Below, one piece after another: positions 28,349 through 39,235 of a stretch of 64,000 nt of DNA. This DNA comes from an uncultured Thermococci archaeon (GTDB lineage: Archaea; Methanobacteriota_B; Thermococci; Methanofastidiosales; B48-G16), in assembly GCA_964595645.1 (NCBI GenBank), contig CAZQQT010000009.1, positions 16,950 to 80,949 of the forward strand, in the 5' to 3' direction. Made by a program: the position numbers and the translations under genes. The notes beneath the pieces were generated by a model that was not told where the DNA came from, made no database searches, and saw only the letters and a list, made by a program, of their open reading frames with translations. Numbering within the stretch: the first letter of the stretch is position 1; each line of letters opens with the position of its first letter.

Positions 28349-29714
28349 CTATAAATCTTCTAAGTGCGGGGAACATCTCGCTCATCTGTTCCTTCATGAG
28401 CTCTTCGTACAGTCTGTACACAATACCAACGGTCAACAAAATTCCCGTTCCTGTACCTACTGCACCTGTAAAATCAGCCATCGTTGCTATCAGTCCAACG
28501 GTGGCCCCGCCCATTACCGTGACCTGTGGTATATATCTAGAAAGAACCTTTTTAAGAATTCTGGGATCCTTCCTGAACCCCGGGATCTGCATTCCCGAAC
28601 GCTGCAGTTTTTTAGCCACAGCCTCCGGTCCCATCTGTGTCAGTTCAACCCAGAGTACTGCAAAAAAAATGCAGAGAGCCACCACTATCAAAAGATACAC
28701 TATCGCCTCAAATGGTGTCTGCGTGAGACTCTCGATTCCCCGCGGCGGTTGCAGATACTTCACAAGCCCTGACACAGCGTTATCACCTTGAAACGTCCCG
28801 AGCCATGTAATTCCTCTACTGCTCAAAACTCTAGCCATGAGCACTACGTTTGAAAACATTGCCCATGTCAGAATCATCGGAATATTCGAGGCATAAATAA
28901 ATCTGATAGGGTATCTACCTCGAATACCCTTGTACTTTCCATACGAAAGTGGTATTTCTACTCTGATAGATTCCATATACACAACAATGAGGAATATCAC
29001 CACGGTGAAGGCAATCTGATCCATCCCTACGAGGGAACTTCCAGTTCTCCTCCAGACCGGATTCCCCTCAATGAATGATTTGATAAACTGAGGAATTCCA
29101 CCTATCAGCTGGCCAGGAACTGCCTCGCTCCCGAGAAAGCTGAAAGACCTCCAGATTATCTGTGCGGAGACTCTTCCTGCAATGAACAACGAAATTCCTG
29201 ATCCGAATCCCCATTTCGTCACAACCTCATCCATTATCAGAACTAAAATTCCACCAAGTGCCATTTGGAAAACAACGATGGCAAAGAATCCTTCTTGTGC
29301 CAGTCCTTGTCCCCGAACCATGGCAAAAGCTTCAAAAACACAGAGAGCAATCGCTAACAGTTTCTGTGTACCCTGGAATATTTCTTTACCCTGATGTGAT
29401 GTAATATCCAGATCGATGAGATCAGAACCAACAAGGAGCTGCATTACAATTCCCGCTGTCACTACGGGACCGATACCGAGATGAAGAATGCTCCCACTAT
29501 TTCCTGCCAGTACCGTTCTTAGACTGGCAAGCCAGTCTGTTGCCTGCGCACTCAGACCGTAAAGAGGTATCTGTGCCAGAGCAAAGTAGACACTCAATAC
29601 AACGATGCTCCACAACAACTTCTCTCTAAATGAGACGTGTCTTTTCGGCCCTGATACTTCAGGGAGAAACCGAAATAACGGGGAAAGCACTTCTAATTTA
29701 GACATTCGTGTCAC
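28341..29714 (-). CDS. secY: preprotein translocase subunit SecY
   Basis: 457 aa, 10 TM helices. LGIGPVVTAGIVMQLL and other SecY motifs. Follows L15. Confidence 0.95.
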   Translation of the reverse strand: MTRMSKLEVLSPLFRFLPEVSGPKRHVSFREKLLWSIVVLSVYFALAQIPLYGLSAQATDWLASLRTVLAGNSGSILHLGIGPVVTAGIVMQLLVGSDLIDLDITSHQGKEIFQGTQKLLAIALCVFEAFAMVRGQGLAQEGFFAIVVFQMALGGILVLIMDEVVTKWGFGSGISLFIAGRVSAQIIWRSFSFLGSEAVPGQLIGGIPQFIKSFIEGNPVWRRTGSSLVGMDQIAFTVVIFLIVVYMESIRVEIPLSYGKYKGIRGRYPIRFIYASNIPMILTWAMFSNVVLMARVLSSRGITWLGTFQGDNAVSGLVKYLQPPRGIESLTQTPFEAIVYLLIVVALCIFFAVLWVELTQMGPEAVAKKLQRSGMQIPGFRKDPRILKKVLSRYIPQVTVMGGATVGLIATMADFTGAVGTGTGILLTVGIVYRLYEELMKEQMSEMFPALRRFIGE

Positions 29715-30138
29715 CTATAATTGTCTCTCCACCCATCTCTTCTATCTTTGTTTTTGCGCTCTCTGAAAAATTTTCTGCCTTCACAGAGAACTTTCGTGTG
29801 AGATGTCCTTTTCCGAGAACCTTCGATGCACCGAGTTTTGACACATCCACAAGTATCGTATTCTTTTTCTTCACGGCAATATCTTTTTCCAGCAGTTTGT
29901 CAATATTATCATTGAGATATCGGAGGTTGACGATGGATTCATCTTTTTTCAGTTTTGGAGGTCGTGTGAATCCGCGTTTACCGAGGTGTCCGGGTGTGTA
30001 TTTATGTCTCGCTCTCTTCCCTGATCCAGCATTGCCGCGTCCACCTCTGTTGCCTGCACCTTTTCTATTTTTCGAAGAACCTCCTCCGCAACGTCGTGAA
30101 CCTCGTTTCTTGTAGGTCTTTTTTCTCTTTCTTCTCAT
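29698..30138 (-). CDS. rpl15: 50S ribosomal protein L15
   Basis: 146 aa. GGGSSKNRKGAGNRGGRGNAGSGK N-terminus. Confidence 0.9.
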   Translation of the reverse strand: MRRKRKKTYKKRGSRRCGGGSSKNRKGAGNRGGRGNAGSGKRARHKYTPGHLGKRGFTRPPKLKKDESIVNLRYLNDNIDKLLEKDIAVKKKNTILVDVSKLGASKVLGKGHLTRKFSVKAENFSESAKTKIEEMGGETIIGDTNV

Positions 30139-30146
30139 ACGATCAC

Positions 30147-30608
30147 CTAAATAATCCTTTTGAGTAAAGAATTAATTTCTTTTCCTCTATATCCTGAAGA
30201 TCCTCCTTGTGCATAATTCAAACTCACGTTTTTATACCCTTTACTAGGAGGATGTAATCTGAAGATTTTTTTTATTCCGAGATCGTCAAGATCTGCTCTT
30301 GACTCAAAAAAATCATCCACGTACTCTTCTACTGTTTTTCCTGTCTTCTCTTGTATATATTCTTCATCTATTCGTCTATCGCCTGGAAGCCTCCCCCACT
30401 TCAATAAAAGCGGGGTGAAGATTTCTTTATCAATTTCTCCAAAAGTCACATGATCCTTTACCTTCTGCAACATTCCTTTATACGATGCTCTATCATCAAT
30501 AACTATACAGTGATGGGGTTTTTCGAGTCGAAGCATGTGCAACGTATCTCGTGTTTCTTTCTCTACGTTTACCGTTCCTCTAAGTCGTAGCACTGCAAGT
30601 TTACTCAT
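30147..30608 (-). CDS. rpl30: 50S ribosomal protein L30
   Basis: Start taken at [15 protein letters not shown]. The ATG overlaps the S5 stop by 8 nt. Confidence 0.9.
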   Translation of the reverse strand: MSKLAVLRLRGTVNVEKETRDTLHMLRLEKPHHCIVIDDRASYKGMLQKVKDHVTFGEIDKEIFTPLLLKWGRLPGDRRIDEEYIQEKTGKTVEEYVDDFFESRADLDDLGIKKIFRLHPPSKGYKNVSLNYAQGGSSGYRGKEINSLLKRII

Positions 30609-31335
30609 TAGATTCACCCTCCTCTCCATTCGACGATTTTTCGGACGTGTCTTTAGTGGGTTCTTCCTCTGATTTGTCTTTCACTACACCACTGGTTATT
30701 CCAATCCTCTTTACGTGTCGGTCCTGATAACTCATTTTATTGAGATTTCTCAAAGAGTTAAACACCGCTTTTGCTAAGTTAAGTGTCGTTTGTGTCTGTC
30801 CAAAGGCCTGTGACCAGATATCGGTAATTCCAGCGAGACTGAGCACCTTTCTTCCTACTTCACCTATCGCAAGACCCAGTCCACGAGGCGCAGGTAAAAG
30901 TGTGACCTCTACTGTTGAAGATTTGCCTGTGACCTTAAAAGGAATAGAGTGTGGCGTTCCACAGCCGCACTCCCATGAGCCGCATCCTCGTTTTATACTT
31001 ATCAGATTCAGTTTCGCGATATCCATTGATTTCCTAATGGCGGTCCCCACCTCTCCAGCCTTGGCCTGTCCAAGGCCAACAATACCATTTTTGTTTCCTA
31101 TAGCTGAGATTACATTAAACTTTACTCGTCTTCCTGAGTCGGTCATCCGCTGGACCATATTTATATCAAGAATTTCTTGGTTATCTCTGCTTGTAAGCTC
31201 AGGGAGCAGTTTGTCCACAATTTCTGATTCTTTGATATCGTATCCTCCTGAAATAATCTCTTCGATGCTTGTAATCTCACCCGCCTTTACCTTCCTTCCA
31301 AGGCTCGTCTTTGGTCTCCATTCACCATTGCTCAT
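30601..31335 (-). CDS. rps5: 30S ribosomal protein S5
   Basis: 244 aa with dsRBD and S5 C-terminal domain ([17 protein letters not shown]). Confidence 0.95.
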   Translation of the reverse strand: MSNGEWRPKTSLGRKVKAGEITSIEEIISGGYDIKESEIVDKLLPELTSRDNQEILDINMVQRMTDSGRRVKFNVISAIGNKNGIVGLGQAKAGEVGTAIRKSMDIAKLNLISIKRGCGSWECGCGTPHSIPFKVTGKSSTVEVTLLPAPRGLGLAIGEVGRKVLSLAGITDIWSQAFGQTQTTLNLAKAVFNSLRNLNKMSYQDRHVKRIGITSGVVKDKSEEEPTKDTSEKSSNGEEGESNE

Positions 31336-31895
31336 ACAATCTCCTCGATTTTACTTTTAATCTCATCAAAATGATCGGGCAGCTCTTCAGGTTTTAATCC
31401 TCTTTCAAGGTACCCACCGAACTGCTGTGAGTACTTCTCCTCATCAAGATTTGATGCATACTCGGCGATATGTTCTCCACGCACTCTCGTATCATCGGGA
31501 AGTACCTTTTTATTATGTGGTACTTCAACTCCTGCATCTATCACTCCCTTGAGGGATGCAAAAATATTTGCTCCTTTGGTAGCAGAATTAAGTCCAATGT
31601 CCGGTACGATACCGTCCACCTCCTCCTTCTTCATCCTATATCCACAAAGAAGACCTGTCAAATAGGCAGCAGTACTATTCCCACAGTATCCCTTGTACCC
31701 AAACTTCTCAAGCTCCTTAGAGTGTGCGGAGACCACCACATGATCTCCCTCCTTTCTCGCTTCCACTACCTGAACACTCATATGACTCAGTGAGGGTCTG
31801 ATTACTAGCCTATCCTTTCCTGACTTTATTAGCTTGTACCGTTGATCATAATCCGTGATTCCCTTTCTTCTCCTTTTAAATACTTTTCTTCTCAT
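31332..31895 (-). CDS. rpl18: 50S ribosomal protein L18
   Basis: 187 aa. [30 protein letters not shown]. Confidence 0.95.
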   Translation of the reverse strand: MRRKVFKRRRKGITDYDQRYKLIKSGKDRLVIRPSLSHMSVQVVEARKEGDHVVVSAHSKELEKFGYKGYCGNSTAAYLTGLLCGYRMKKEEVDGIVPDIGLNSATKGANIFASLKGVIDAGVEVPHNKKVLPDDTRVRGEHIAEYASNLDEEKYSQQFGGYLERGLKPEELPDHFDEIKSKIEEIV

Positions 31896-31899
31896 TCGA

Positions 31900-32346
31900 T
31901 CACCGTTTCATATCATGTTCATTTATATAAGATTTCATATGGGCCACGCTTCTAAACGCCCCACTGCTTGCCATATTGTAAAGTTTTCGATAATTTCGAC
32001 TATCAAGTTTTTCCTCTTTTTTTAATTCTTTAAGTTTTTTTCTCAAGGGTCTTATTTTATTTATCCACGCCCTTTTTTTGTTTAATCGAGCAGTTTTCTT
32101 TCCCTTTCTTTTTCCTTGACCTCTTCTTCTTCCCTTCTTTTTCTTTTCATGAAGAGTTCTTGCTCTTCCTCTACTCGTGGACTTTTTCGGCTTTTTCTTT
32201 ATCACGTCGTCCTTTATCAGCCTTCTCACATCCCCTCGCGTGATTGCCATGGAGACTCTCTCCTCTTCTTTTGGGTCTATCCAAATCCTATTCTTTCCAC
32301 ATTCGAGGATGTCTGCTGCAAGTCTCTTCTGTACTTTTACGTCCAT
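31900..32346 (-). CDS. rpl19e: 50S ribosomal protein L19e
   Basis: ATG at 32346 preceded by AGGAGTGA. MDVKVQKRLAADILECGKNRIWIDP. Confidence 0.9.
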   Translation of the reverse strand: MDVKVQKRLAADILECGKNRIWIDPKEEERVSMAITRGDVRRLIKDDVIKKKPKKSTSRGRARTLHEKKKKGRRRGQGKRKGKKTARLNKKRAWINKIRPLRKKLKELKKEEKLDSRNYRKLYNMASSGAFRSVAHMKSYINEHDMKR

Positions 32347-32351
32347 AAATA

Positions 32352-32882
32352 TCACTCCTGAAGATCGATTTCTAGCTCTTCTGCTTTTTCCAGTACTTCT
32401 TCTCTCTCCTCATCTATTAATTTCTTTGAGATGATGAAACGTTCAATGTAATCCCTAATTTCTAAGTTATCTTCCATGTCTTCAACATTACTTACCTTAA
32501 CAAACTTTATTTTTGGATTTAATACTTTCAATCCCTTTTCCAGCGCCTTTTTGAGGACCTCAATTTTCTTTTTTGTTCCAATACTCCCTATTCTCACAAC
32601 GACATCTTCGTCAATATCTTCAAGATCCTTCGGGGCGTGAACAAGCGCCTCCGGTGCACCACAGGGATGGTAATCTCGTACGTCCTTTGGTCCCCTGTAG
32701 CCTACTTTCACCACAGGAAGTCTCCCCTTAAGTTCTTTTCTCGTCTTTGAAGAATGTCCGCGGGGTCTTTTCCATTTTGCATTGCGTCCCAATCGTATAT
32801 GCTTCCATGACTCCTGGCTCACAAAATTCGGTTTTTTTCTTTTTTTCTTCTCTCTGGCTCTCAATGAATCTTCCTTTGACAT
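32352..32882 (-). CDS. rpl32e: 50S ribosomal protein L32e (with an acidic C-terminal extension of about 50 aa)
   Basis: 176 aa. KWKRPRGHSSKTRKELKGRLPVVKVGYRGPKDVRDYHPCG. Confidence 0.9.
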   Translation of the reverse strand: MSKEDSLRAREKKKRKKPNFVSQESWKHIRLGRNAKWKRPRGHSSKTRKELKGRLPVVKVGYRGPKDVRDYHPCGAPEALVHAPKDLEDIDEDVVVRIGSIGTKKKIEVLKKALEKGLKVLNPKIKFVKVSNVEDMEDNLEIRDYIERFIISKKLIDEEREEVLEKAEELEIDLQE

Positions 32883-32884
32883 TT

Positions 32885-33412
32885 TTATGCACCCTCAACG
32901 AGATAAATACCGTCCTGAAATACCCGTACATCTCTTTTGTTAATTCGGGTAGCCTGTTCTATATTTGCAGCTGTTTGACCTACTTCTTCTTTTTTTATCC
33001 CTTCTACGAGTATTGTATCTTTTTTCACTTTTACTGTCGTATCTCCAACAATTTTTGCGTGTCGTGGATGGTTCTCACCCAAAAAGTTATTGATCACAAC
33101 CCTATTTCCATCGACCTTCACATTCATTGGAAAGTGAGCATACACAATCTTTAATGTATATGTAAATCCCTCTGTTACTCCTGTGATCATATTGGCTATA
33201 TGTGCTTTTGTCGTTCGTATCATCGCCATATCCCTCTTTCTCGTGGAAGAAGATGAGATTTCAAGTTTTCCATTTTTTTCTTTAATTTGTAGGGTTGGAT
33301 GATTAAAGAGACGCCGCAATTCCCCGTTCTCACCCTTGACAATGATGGAATCTCCTTCCCGTGTGAGTGTCACATTTTCTGGAATTTCAATTACTTCTAT
33401 ACTTACCGCCAT
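32885..33412 (-). CDS. rpl6: 50S ribosomal protein L6
   Basis: ATG at 33412 preceded by AGGTGAT (GTG alternative at 33421). Two L6 alpha/beta repeats. Confidence 0.9.
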   Translation of the reverse strand: MAVSIEVIEIPENVTLTREGDSIIVKGENGELRRLFNHPTLQIKEKNGKLEISSSSTRKRDMAMIRTTKAHIANMITGVTEGFTYTLKIVYAHFPMNVKVDGNRVVINNFLGENHPRHAKIVGDTTVKVKKDTILVEGIKKEEVGQTAANIEQATRINKRDVRVFQDGIYLVEGA

Positions 33413-33421
33413 CGATATCAC

Positions 33422-33808
33422 CTAGTATACATATGCTAACAGTCTCCCGCCAGTGCCGTCTTCATACGCATCCTTATGGCTCATGACGCCCCGCTGTGTC
33501 GATACGAGCAAGATACCAAAATCTCTTGCTGGCAAGAACCGTTTTTCCCAGTCTTCATACTCATCTTTTTTCACAGCTTGTCGCGGTTTTATCACGCCAC
33601 ATTTATTTATGTTTCCTACAAGTTCTATCTTAAACTTTCCAGATTTCCCATCATCGATGAACTCAAAGGAACCAATATATCCATAATCCTGCATTATTTT
33701 CAGTATATTTCCAATCAATTTTGATGCCGGAACTGTAATTTCACTTTTTCTGGCGTCTTCATAATTTGTTATGCTGGATAACACATCTGCAAGTGGATCG
33801 CTTGACAT
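33422..33808 (-). CDS. rps8: 30S ribosomal protein S8
   Basis: ATG at 33808 preceded by [41 protein letters not shown]. Confidence 0.95.
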   Translation of the reverse strand: MSSDPLADVLSSITNYEDARKSEITVPASKLIGNILKIMQDYGYIGSFEFIDDGKSGKFKIELVGNINKCGVIKPRQAVKKDEYEDWEKRFLPARDFGILLVSTQRGVMSHKDAYEDGTGGRLLAYVY

Positions 33809-33818
33809 TCTCAACACC

Positions 33819-33956
33819 TCACGTATATTTTTTGAACCCTAGCTTCGGTGCCACTTCTCTAAAGCAGCGCCGGCAGAGATATAATCCGTATTTTCGTATC
33901 ACAGCCTCATGGCTGCCACATCTCCTGCATTTTACGTTATGTTTCTTTTCACTCAT
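33819..33956 (-). CDS. rps14: 30S ribosomal protein S14 type Z (zinc-binding)
   Basis: Below the ORF-track size cut-off. Manual translation gives [45 protein letters not shown] (45 aa, CxxC...CxxC). It overlaps the L5 stop by 8 nt and sits between L5 and S8 as expected. Confidence 0.9.
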   Translation of the reverse strand: MSEKKHNVKCRRCGSHEAVIRKYGLYLCRRCFREVAPKLGFKKYT

Positions 33957-34458
33957 TAATCTTCACCTTAAACTTTTTTTTGACGAAATTTATTCCCTCT
34001 TGTTTTGTTATTCTGTGATTTGGAGAAATTTTTCTCTGCTGGATCCTTCTTCTCTTGATTCTATATCCGGGCCTTTCAAGTGCCACGCAGACATCCATGC
34101 CAAAAATACCTACTTTGGGGTCGTAGGTTACACCAGGAAGATCAATATGTTCATTAATGCCGAATGAGAAATTACCATACTCATCAAAATTACGTGAGTT
34201 TATCTCACTCTCTACCGCCTCAAAAGCATCTTCTAAAAATTTATGAGCTTTTTTACCACGCAACGTCACCTTTGCTGCAATGGGGAGATCTTTTCTAATG
34301 TTGAAGTCCTTGTTAGTCTGTTTCGCCTTCCGCTTCATTGGTTTTTGGTTTGTGAGTTCTTCTAGGAGAGAAATCGCTTTAGTGAGTCGTTCTCCCGACT
34401 CTCCCAAACACATATTCACGACTACCTTGTGAATTCTCGGCTCTTCCATCTCATGCAT
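33949..34458 (-). CDS. rpl5: 50S ribosomal protein L5
   Basis: 169 aa. [17 protein letters not shown]. Confidence 0.95.
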   Translation of the reverse strand: MHEMEEPRIHKVVVNMCLGESGERLTKAISLLEELTNQKPMKRKAKQTNKDFNIRKDLPIAAKVTLRGKKAHKFLEDAFEAVESEINSRNFDEYGNFSFGINEHIDLPGVTYDPKVGIFGMDVCVALERPGYRIKRRRIQQRKISPNHRITKQEGINFVKKKFKVKINE

Positions 34459-35181
34459 TTATATCTCCTCCGGTAGTGAAATGAGAGGGCTTTTTTTGCC
34501 AACAACGTAAACGTAATCTCTCAATGTTTTAAACTTCTCGTGTTCGCTCTGCAGGATAACTGTTGTCTCTTTTCCCTCTTCTACTTCAATTTCAACGATT
34601 TTTCCAGTTTTGGAAACATTATTCCCATCTATTGCTAGGCCCAGCACGCCCTTTTTGAACGGGACATGCTCTTTTATCTTCTTTTTACTTAGATCATACA
34701 GTACAGTATCGTGAACGTTATACGTATTATCTGCCAGTATATTTGTCCCATCGTGGAGGTTCAACTGAATCGATCCTCCTTTTAAGATTTGTTTGCCAGC
34801 GATGTTGAAAAGTTTGAGATCCTTTTCCTTCTTCTTTATCCCATAAGGGTAAAGTTCTCCTTTTCTATTGGGAAGGATCCTATAGTACTCTTCTGTTTTT
34901 GGTATTTCTACAATATCCATCACGCCAAGGGGAATCCTTTCTTCCTTTATTGTTTTTCCGTCTACAAGAACCAATCCATTATTTAAGATCATTTTTGCCT
35001 CTTTTCTCGTCTTTGCGTATCCAAGATAGTCTCGTAGGATAAAAAGTAACGGAATCGATGTTGTACCTGAATGTGGGCCTGGTTTTGGCTTTATTGTCCA
35101 CGTCTTTTCCTTCCTAGGTATTCCCCATGTCTTTGGGGCCTTTGATCGTTTCATGCTCTTACTTTCTCCATACTTGGTCAT
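34459..35181 (-). CDS. rps4e: 30S ribosomal protein S4e
   Basis: 240 aa. MKRSKAPKTWGIPRKEKTW, followed by S4 and KOW domains. Confidence 0.95.
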   Translation of the reverse strand: MTKYGESKSMKRSKAPKTWGIPRKEKTWTIKPKPGPHSGTTSIPLLFILRDYLGYAKTRKEAKMILNNGLVLVDGKTIKEERIPLGVMDIVEIPKTEEYYRILPNRKGELYPYGIKKKEKDLKLFNIAGKQILKGGSIQLNLHDGTNILADNTYNVHDTVLYDLSKKKIKEHVPFKKGVLGLAIDGNNVSKTGKIVEIEVEEGKETTVILQSEHEKFKTLRDYVYVVGKKSPLISLPEEI

Positions 35182-35534
35182 AGTCCTCTCCTCTCTACGA
35201 GTTCTCTTCTTTCGTCATCCCCAAGATCCATTTCAATTATCTCGAGATTGGATGGGTGGAACGGTATGTTTACCTCTGAACCATCTGTCTTCTCTGCTGT
35301 TACATCTTCAATGAATACTCTACTATTCTTTAGGTCTACTTTCATGACCTCACCTTCTGAGTAAATATAATCTCCTCTCAGCACCCTTACCTTGTCTCCT
35401 TTTCGTATCGGTACATTTCTTATACCATATTCTTCTCGCAGATCAGCTGAGAGATGTGCTGACATAAATTTTTGTTTTTTATGTAAAGGTGCACCAAGTT
35501 GTCTCTTCCTCTGCTTTTTTTTCTTCTTTGTCAT
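35178..35534 (-). CDS. rpl24: 50S ribosomal protein L24
   Basis: 118 aa with KOW motif (IRKGDKVRVLRGDY). Confidence 0.95.
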   Translation of the reverse strand: MTKKKKKQRKRQLGAPLHKKQKFMSAHLSADLREEYGIRNVPIRKGDKVRVLRGDYIYSEGEVMKVDLKNSRVFIEDVTAEKTDGSEVNIPFHPSNLEIIEMDLGDDERRELVERRGL

Positions 35535-35544
35535 ATAATCATCC

Positions 35545-35970
35545 TCATAGTATCATGCTTGCGATTCCAGATAGTCGTACCCACCGTTCAGCGGCCTCCT
35601 TGGCCATTGGGCCTTTTATTTCCGAGCCCCTAGGCATCCCATCGGGTGTGACCAGAACGGCTGCATTGTCCTCAAATTTCACTCGCATTCCATCGAGTCT
35701 CTTGTACTCTTTCCTTTGTCGTATAATAATGGCATTGACAACTGTCTTTCGGACATCCGGTTTTCCTTTTTTTACCGATGCCATTACCATGTCCCCAATC
35801 CCAGCGGACGCATGTCTTCGTAGTGTCCCTTTGTATCGCGAGACAGAAATAATCTCAAGTTCTTTCGCACCTGTATTGTCTGCACAGATCAGTCTGGAGC
35901 CTGTAGATAGTGACCGTGTCGGTCGTACAGGAGATTTGCCTCGTGTCGCTCCTGCTCCTTTCTTTGGCAT
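35545..35970 (-). CDS. rpl14: 50S ribosomal protein L14
   Basis: 141 aa. [17 protein letters not shown]. Confidence 0.95.
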   Translation of the reverse strand: MPKKGAGATRGKSPVRPTRSLSTGSRLICADNTGAKELEIISVSRYKGTLRRHASAGIGDMVMASVKKGKPDVRKTVVNAIIIRQRKEYKRLDGMRVKFEDNAAVLVTPDGMPRGSEIKGPMAKEAAERWVRLSGIASMIL

Positions 35971-36251
35971 TAGATCACCTCAACTACAACGAAACTTTTT
36001 GTTTTGCTTATTGGTCTACATTCTGCAATTCTCACACTGTCACCTACCTTCGCACCGACACATGGTGGGTTATGAGCAGTGATCTTTGAAGTCTTCTTCG
36101 CGAACCTCTCATACTTCGGGAAAGGTTCTAAAAACTCTCTTTCTACCACTATGCTTTTGCGCATTTTGTCGCTTACCACAATGCCTTTGAATATTCTTCC
36201 ACGAGTTTTAAGTGTCCCGTGGAAAGGACAATTTTTATCATCGCATTCCAT
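35970..36251 (-). CDS. rps17: 30S ribosomal protein S17
   Basis: 93 aa. [16 protein letters not shown]...[15 protein letters not shown]. Confidence 0.95.
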   Translation of the reverse strand: MECDDKNCPFHGTLKTRGRIFKGIVVSDKMRKSIVVEREFLEPFPKYERFAKKTSKITAHNPPCVGAKVGDSVRIAECRPISKTKSFVVVEVI

Positions 36252-36256
36252 TCATT

Positions 36257-36478
36257 TCACCCTTTTATTCTATTTTCAGGTCTTCCGATTATATCTTCTC
36301 CATCTACTACAGTTCCATCATCCAGCTTAATGATAACATCCTTTTTTATGAGTTTTTTTCCAGTATCGAGGATCAGCATATTTTTTGTTTCATCGATCAC
36401 GGTACCAGCAATGCCGAGGCATGCCCTATTCGAACTCTTTATTACCTGGATCTTCCTGCCGATGAGCTCTCTCCTCAT
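36257..36478 (-). CDS. rnp1: ribonuclease P protein component 1 (Rpp29/Pop4)
   Basis: 73 aa. [33 protein letters not shown]. Conserved position before S17. Confidence 0.85.
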   Translation of the reverse strand: MRRELIGRKIQVIKSSNRACLGIAGTVIDETKNMLILDTGKKLIKKDVIIKLDDGTVVDGEDIIGRPENRIKG

Positions 36479-36777
36479 GTGATCATGTCTTCACTGTATC
36501 CCATGTCAATGAGTATTTTTTTCACTTTTTCAGTGTGATCTCCCTGTAACTCAATTTTTCCATCTTTTACCGTTCCGCCGCAAGCACATTTCGATTTCAG
36601 CGTTGTTGACAGCTCGTCAAGCTCTATATCATCGCTACTAATGCCTTTGATGACAGTCATCGTCTTCCCAAATCGGCGGCGGGAGGTATAGATTTCTATT
36701 TTTTGTTCCGGCTTCGCAATGTCCTCGCACACACAGAGCTCCTTCGGCAATCCACATTTTGGACATATCTCTGGCAT
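36475..36777 (-). CDS. sui1: translation initiation factor SUI1 (aSUI1/eIF1)
   Basis: Start taken at [18 protein letters not shown] (TAATG overlap with the L29 stop). [14 protein letters not shown] and IELQGDH motifs. Confidence 0.85.
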   Translation of the reverse strand: MPEICPKCGLPKELCVCEDIAKPEQKIEIYTSRRRFGKTMTVIKGISSDDIELDELSTTLKSKCACGGTVKDGKIELQGDHTEKVKKILIDMGYSEDMIT

Positions 36778-36983
36778 TACTCCATCCTCTCTTTTTCGTC
36801 TAGTAGTGTGTTTATTCGTGCGATAGTTCTCCGTAGTTCTCCAATCCTTCCAGGATTTTCGGGCGCACTGCCCAGGGCACACATCGCCTTCTCTCTAGAG
36901 AACTCAGATTTCAGTTCGCCGAGTTTCTCGTACATCTCCTCGACACTCATCTCTCTGATTTCTTCCTTTCTTAATATAGCCAT
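36777..36983 (-). CDS. rpl29: 50S ribosomal protein L29
   Basis: Start taken at [13 protein letters not shown]. 68 aa helical hairpin protein following S3. Confidence 0.9.
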   Translation of the reverse strand: MAILRKEEIREMSVEEMYEKLGELKSEFSREKAMCALGSAPENPGRIGELRRTIARINTLLDEKERME

Positions 36984-36984
36984 T

Positions 36985-37671
36985 CTACTCCTCCTTGGCT
37001 TTTTCATTCTCTTCCTCATTCTCACTCTTTTCTTCTTTTATTTCTTTTTTAACTTCCTTTTCTTCCTTATCTTCTTTCTTATTAAAGATCGTGATTTCAT
37101 CAGGTAATGTAACATCTGGAGGCATGACTTTCACAGTGACACCCAGCACGCCAAGCTTAACCTTCGCTGCTGCATATCCTTCGTCCACAAGTTTCTGAGC
37201 CGGCTCTCCACATTTTTTGAGATATCCTGTGGTGAATCTCACGGTTCGAGATCGCTGTCCTGTGAGTTTACCAGAGATGACTATTTCAGCTCCCTTGGCA
37301 CCCGCGTCCATGATCCTTCTCAGTACCTTGTATGCCGTCCTTCTATAATGGTATCCTCTCTCAAGATCGGACGCGGTCCTGTGAGCCATCACATGCGCAT
37401 TCAATTCCGGTCTTTCTATCTCCTCTACTTCAATCTGGGGATTCTCAAGGGAGAACTTTTCTTCGAGTTCATCTGTGAGTTGTCGTACTGCTCTGCCTCT
37501 TCTTCCGATCGCAAGACCAGGAGTCTCTACATTTACTATTATTCTTGTCCCAAGCGGACCTCTTTTTATTTCCGCTCCTCCAAATCCTGCTCTCTCCAAT
37601 TTATCAGCTAAAAACTCTTCAATGGATGTGTTTTTAAGATTTTCCTCTATGATCTTCCGTTCAAGCACCAT
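36985..37671 (-). CDS. rps3: 30S ribosomal protein S3
   Basis: 228 aa with a KH domain and a Lys/Glu-rich C-terminal tail. Confidence 0.95.
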   Translation of the reverse strand: MVLERKIIEENLKNTSIEEFLADKLERAGFGGAEIKRGPLGTRIIVNVETPGLAIGRRGRAVRQLTDELEEKFSLENPQIEVEEIERPELNAHVMAHRTASDLERGYHYRRTAYKVLRRIMDAGAKGAEIVISGKLTGQRSRTVRFTTGYLKKCGEPAQKLVDEGYAAAKVKLGVLGVTVKVMPPDVTLPDEITIFNKKEDKEEKEVKKEIKEEKSENEEENEKAKEE

Positions 37672-38123
37672 TATGACTCCTCCACTACAAGTTCTATATT
37701 TGTCGTATTTTTGTTAAAATCCGTTGCTCTACCGTATGCTCTGGGGATTATTCCGGGAATTGTAATGCCTTTATACGCAGAAAGATGAACTATCCTCAAT
37801 TTCCCTGGATCGAGTCCTTTATACTCTGCATTTGCCTCAACTTCCTCCAAAAGTTTTAGAATTCTTTTGGAAGCTTTTACTGGATATCTCCCTGTATCCC
37901 ACTTATCAACATTTTTTCTATGCCCTATTTTTTTCCTGTGCTTTTTGAAAGGTATGGCTTTTTTCTTTTCGATCACTTCATCTAGGTAGTTCTTGGCCTT
38001 GCTCAGCTTTTTCCCTCTAAGTTCTCTGCAGATTTCTACTGAGTGTTTTGGAGAGATTCTGAGATTCCTTCCAAATGCCTTCGCAATCTTCATTTCATCC
38101 TCAAACTCGACAGAAAACCCCAT
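37671..38123 (-). CDS. rpl22: 50S ribosomal protein L22
   Basis: 150 aa. AKAFGRNLRISPKHSVEICRELRG. Confidence 0.95.
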   Translation of the reverse strand: MGFSVEFEDEMKIAKAFGRNLRISPKHSVEICRELRGKKLSKAKNYLDEVIEKKKAIPFKKHRKKIGHRKNVDKWDTGRYPVKASKRILKLLEEVEANAEYKGLDPGKLRIVHLSAYKGITIPGIIPRAYGRATDFNKNTTNIELVVEES

Positions 38124-38127
38124 CAGA

Positions 38128-38526
38128 TCACCTCAGTGGTACGTACAGTGATGTCTTCGTTGCCCCAACTCCTGGAGCCGAATGTTTCACTCTCTGTCTC
38201 GTCAGTGCAAACTCACCGATATAATGGCCTATCATCTCGGGTTTTATTTCCAGTGTTTTAAACCCGTTGCCCTTGTAAATACCGATCTTCAGACCTACCA
38301 TCTCAGGTAAAACTATCATGTCCCTGCAGTGGGTTTTCAAGATCTCGTCATTTGATGATTTTTTCATTTCTCGTACCCGTTCCAAAAACTTCTTTTGTTG
38401 CTCTGTGAAACCTCTCTTCAGTGATCGTCGTTTTCTGGAAGGAAGTAACGACATAAAGTCATCTATCGACATTTTTTCAAGCTCGTTCATTGAATAACCA
38501 CGATACGTAAAGTCTTTTTTTGCCAT
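38128..38526 (-). CDS. rps19: 30S ribosomal protein S19
   Basis: 132 aa. GIYKGNGFKTLEIKPEMIGHYIGEFALTR. Confidence 0.95.
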   Translation of the reverse strand: MAKKDFTYRGYSMNELEKMSIDDFMSLLPSRKRRSLKRGFTEQQKKFLERVREMKKSSNDEILKTHCRDMIVLPEMVGLKIGIYKGNGFKTLEIKPEMIGHYIGEFALTRQRVKHSAPGVGATKTSLYVPLR

Positions 38527-38527
38527 A

Positions 38528-39235
38528 TTATTTCCTCCTTCCAGTTCTTCGTGCAGCGATAAGACCTACTTTTCTTCCAGGCGGTGTATTTCTAGAGACA
38601 GTGGCAGGTCTTCCAATATGCTGATGACCTCCTCCACCAAAGGGATGATCAACAGCGTTCATCGCCACGCCTGAAACTCTCAGATGTTTCCCTGCTTTAC
38701 TCTTATACATATAATATTTCTTTCCTGATTTTATAATGGGTTTCTCTTTTCGCCCGCCACCTGCGACAATGCCAATTGTGGCCTTACAATTTGATTTGAA
38801 AGGTCTTATTATACCTGAAGGCATTTGAATGACGCACTTATCCTCCTCTTTGGAGAGTAGCACAGCAAATGCTCCGGAAGATCGTATAAGTTTGCCTCCA
38901 TCTCCGGGGACCGTTTCAAGGTTGTGAATATAAGTACCTTCAGGGATATTTTTTAAAGGAAGCCTATTTCCTATCTTCAACGGCACATCTTCACCTATAT
39001 ATATCTCTTGTCCAGTTTTTATAGACTCAGGAGCAAGTATAAATCTTCCTTCTCCATTTTCAAACAGTACCTTTGCAAGAGGAGCAGATCTTGCGGGATC
39101 GAAGAGTATATCAACAACCTCACCTTTGAGCACGCCCTCCGTTTTTGGATATTTAGCCTTGTATTTGTATCTATGAGAGGGTGCCTTGTATATATCACTT
39201 CGGCCTTTTCGTTGAGCTCGTATTCGTTTCCCCAT
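38528..39235 (-). CDS. rpl2: 50S ribosomal protein L2
   Basis: 235 aa. GVAMNAVDHPFGGGGHQHIG. Confidence 0.95.
   Translation of the reverse strand: MGKRIRAQRKGRSDIYKAPSHRYKYKAKYPKTEGVLKGEVVDILFDPARSAPLAKVLFENGEGRFILAPESIKTGQEIYIGEDVPLKIGNRLPLKNIPEGTYIHNLETVPGDGGKLIRSSGAFAVLLSKEEDKCVIQMPSGIIRPFKSNCKATIGIVAGGGRKEKPIIKSGKKYYMYKSKAGKHLRVSGVAMNAVDHPFGGGGHQHIGRPATVSRNTPPGRKVGLIAARRTGRRK

Noticed and set aside
30740-31360. 206-aa plus-strand ORF opposite S5; similar long antisense ORFs lie at 35489-36082 (opposite L14/S17) and 41417-42071 (opposite the FKBP gene)
   Set aside because: All of them sit entirely within strongly supported minus-strand genes. They are open only because the sense strand is purine- and Lys/Glu-codon-rich.
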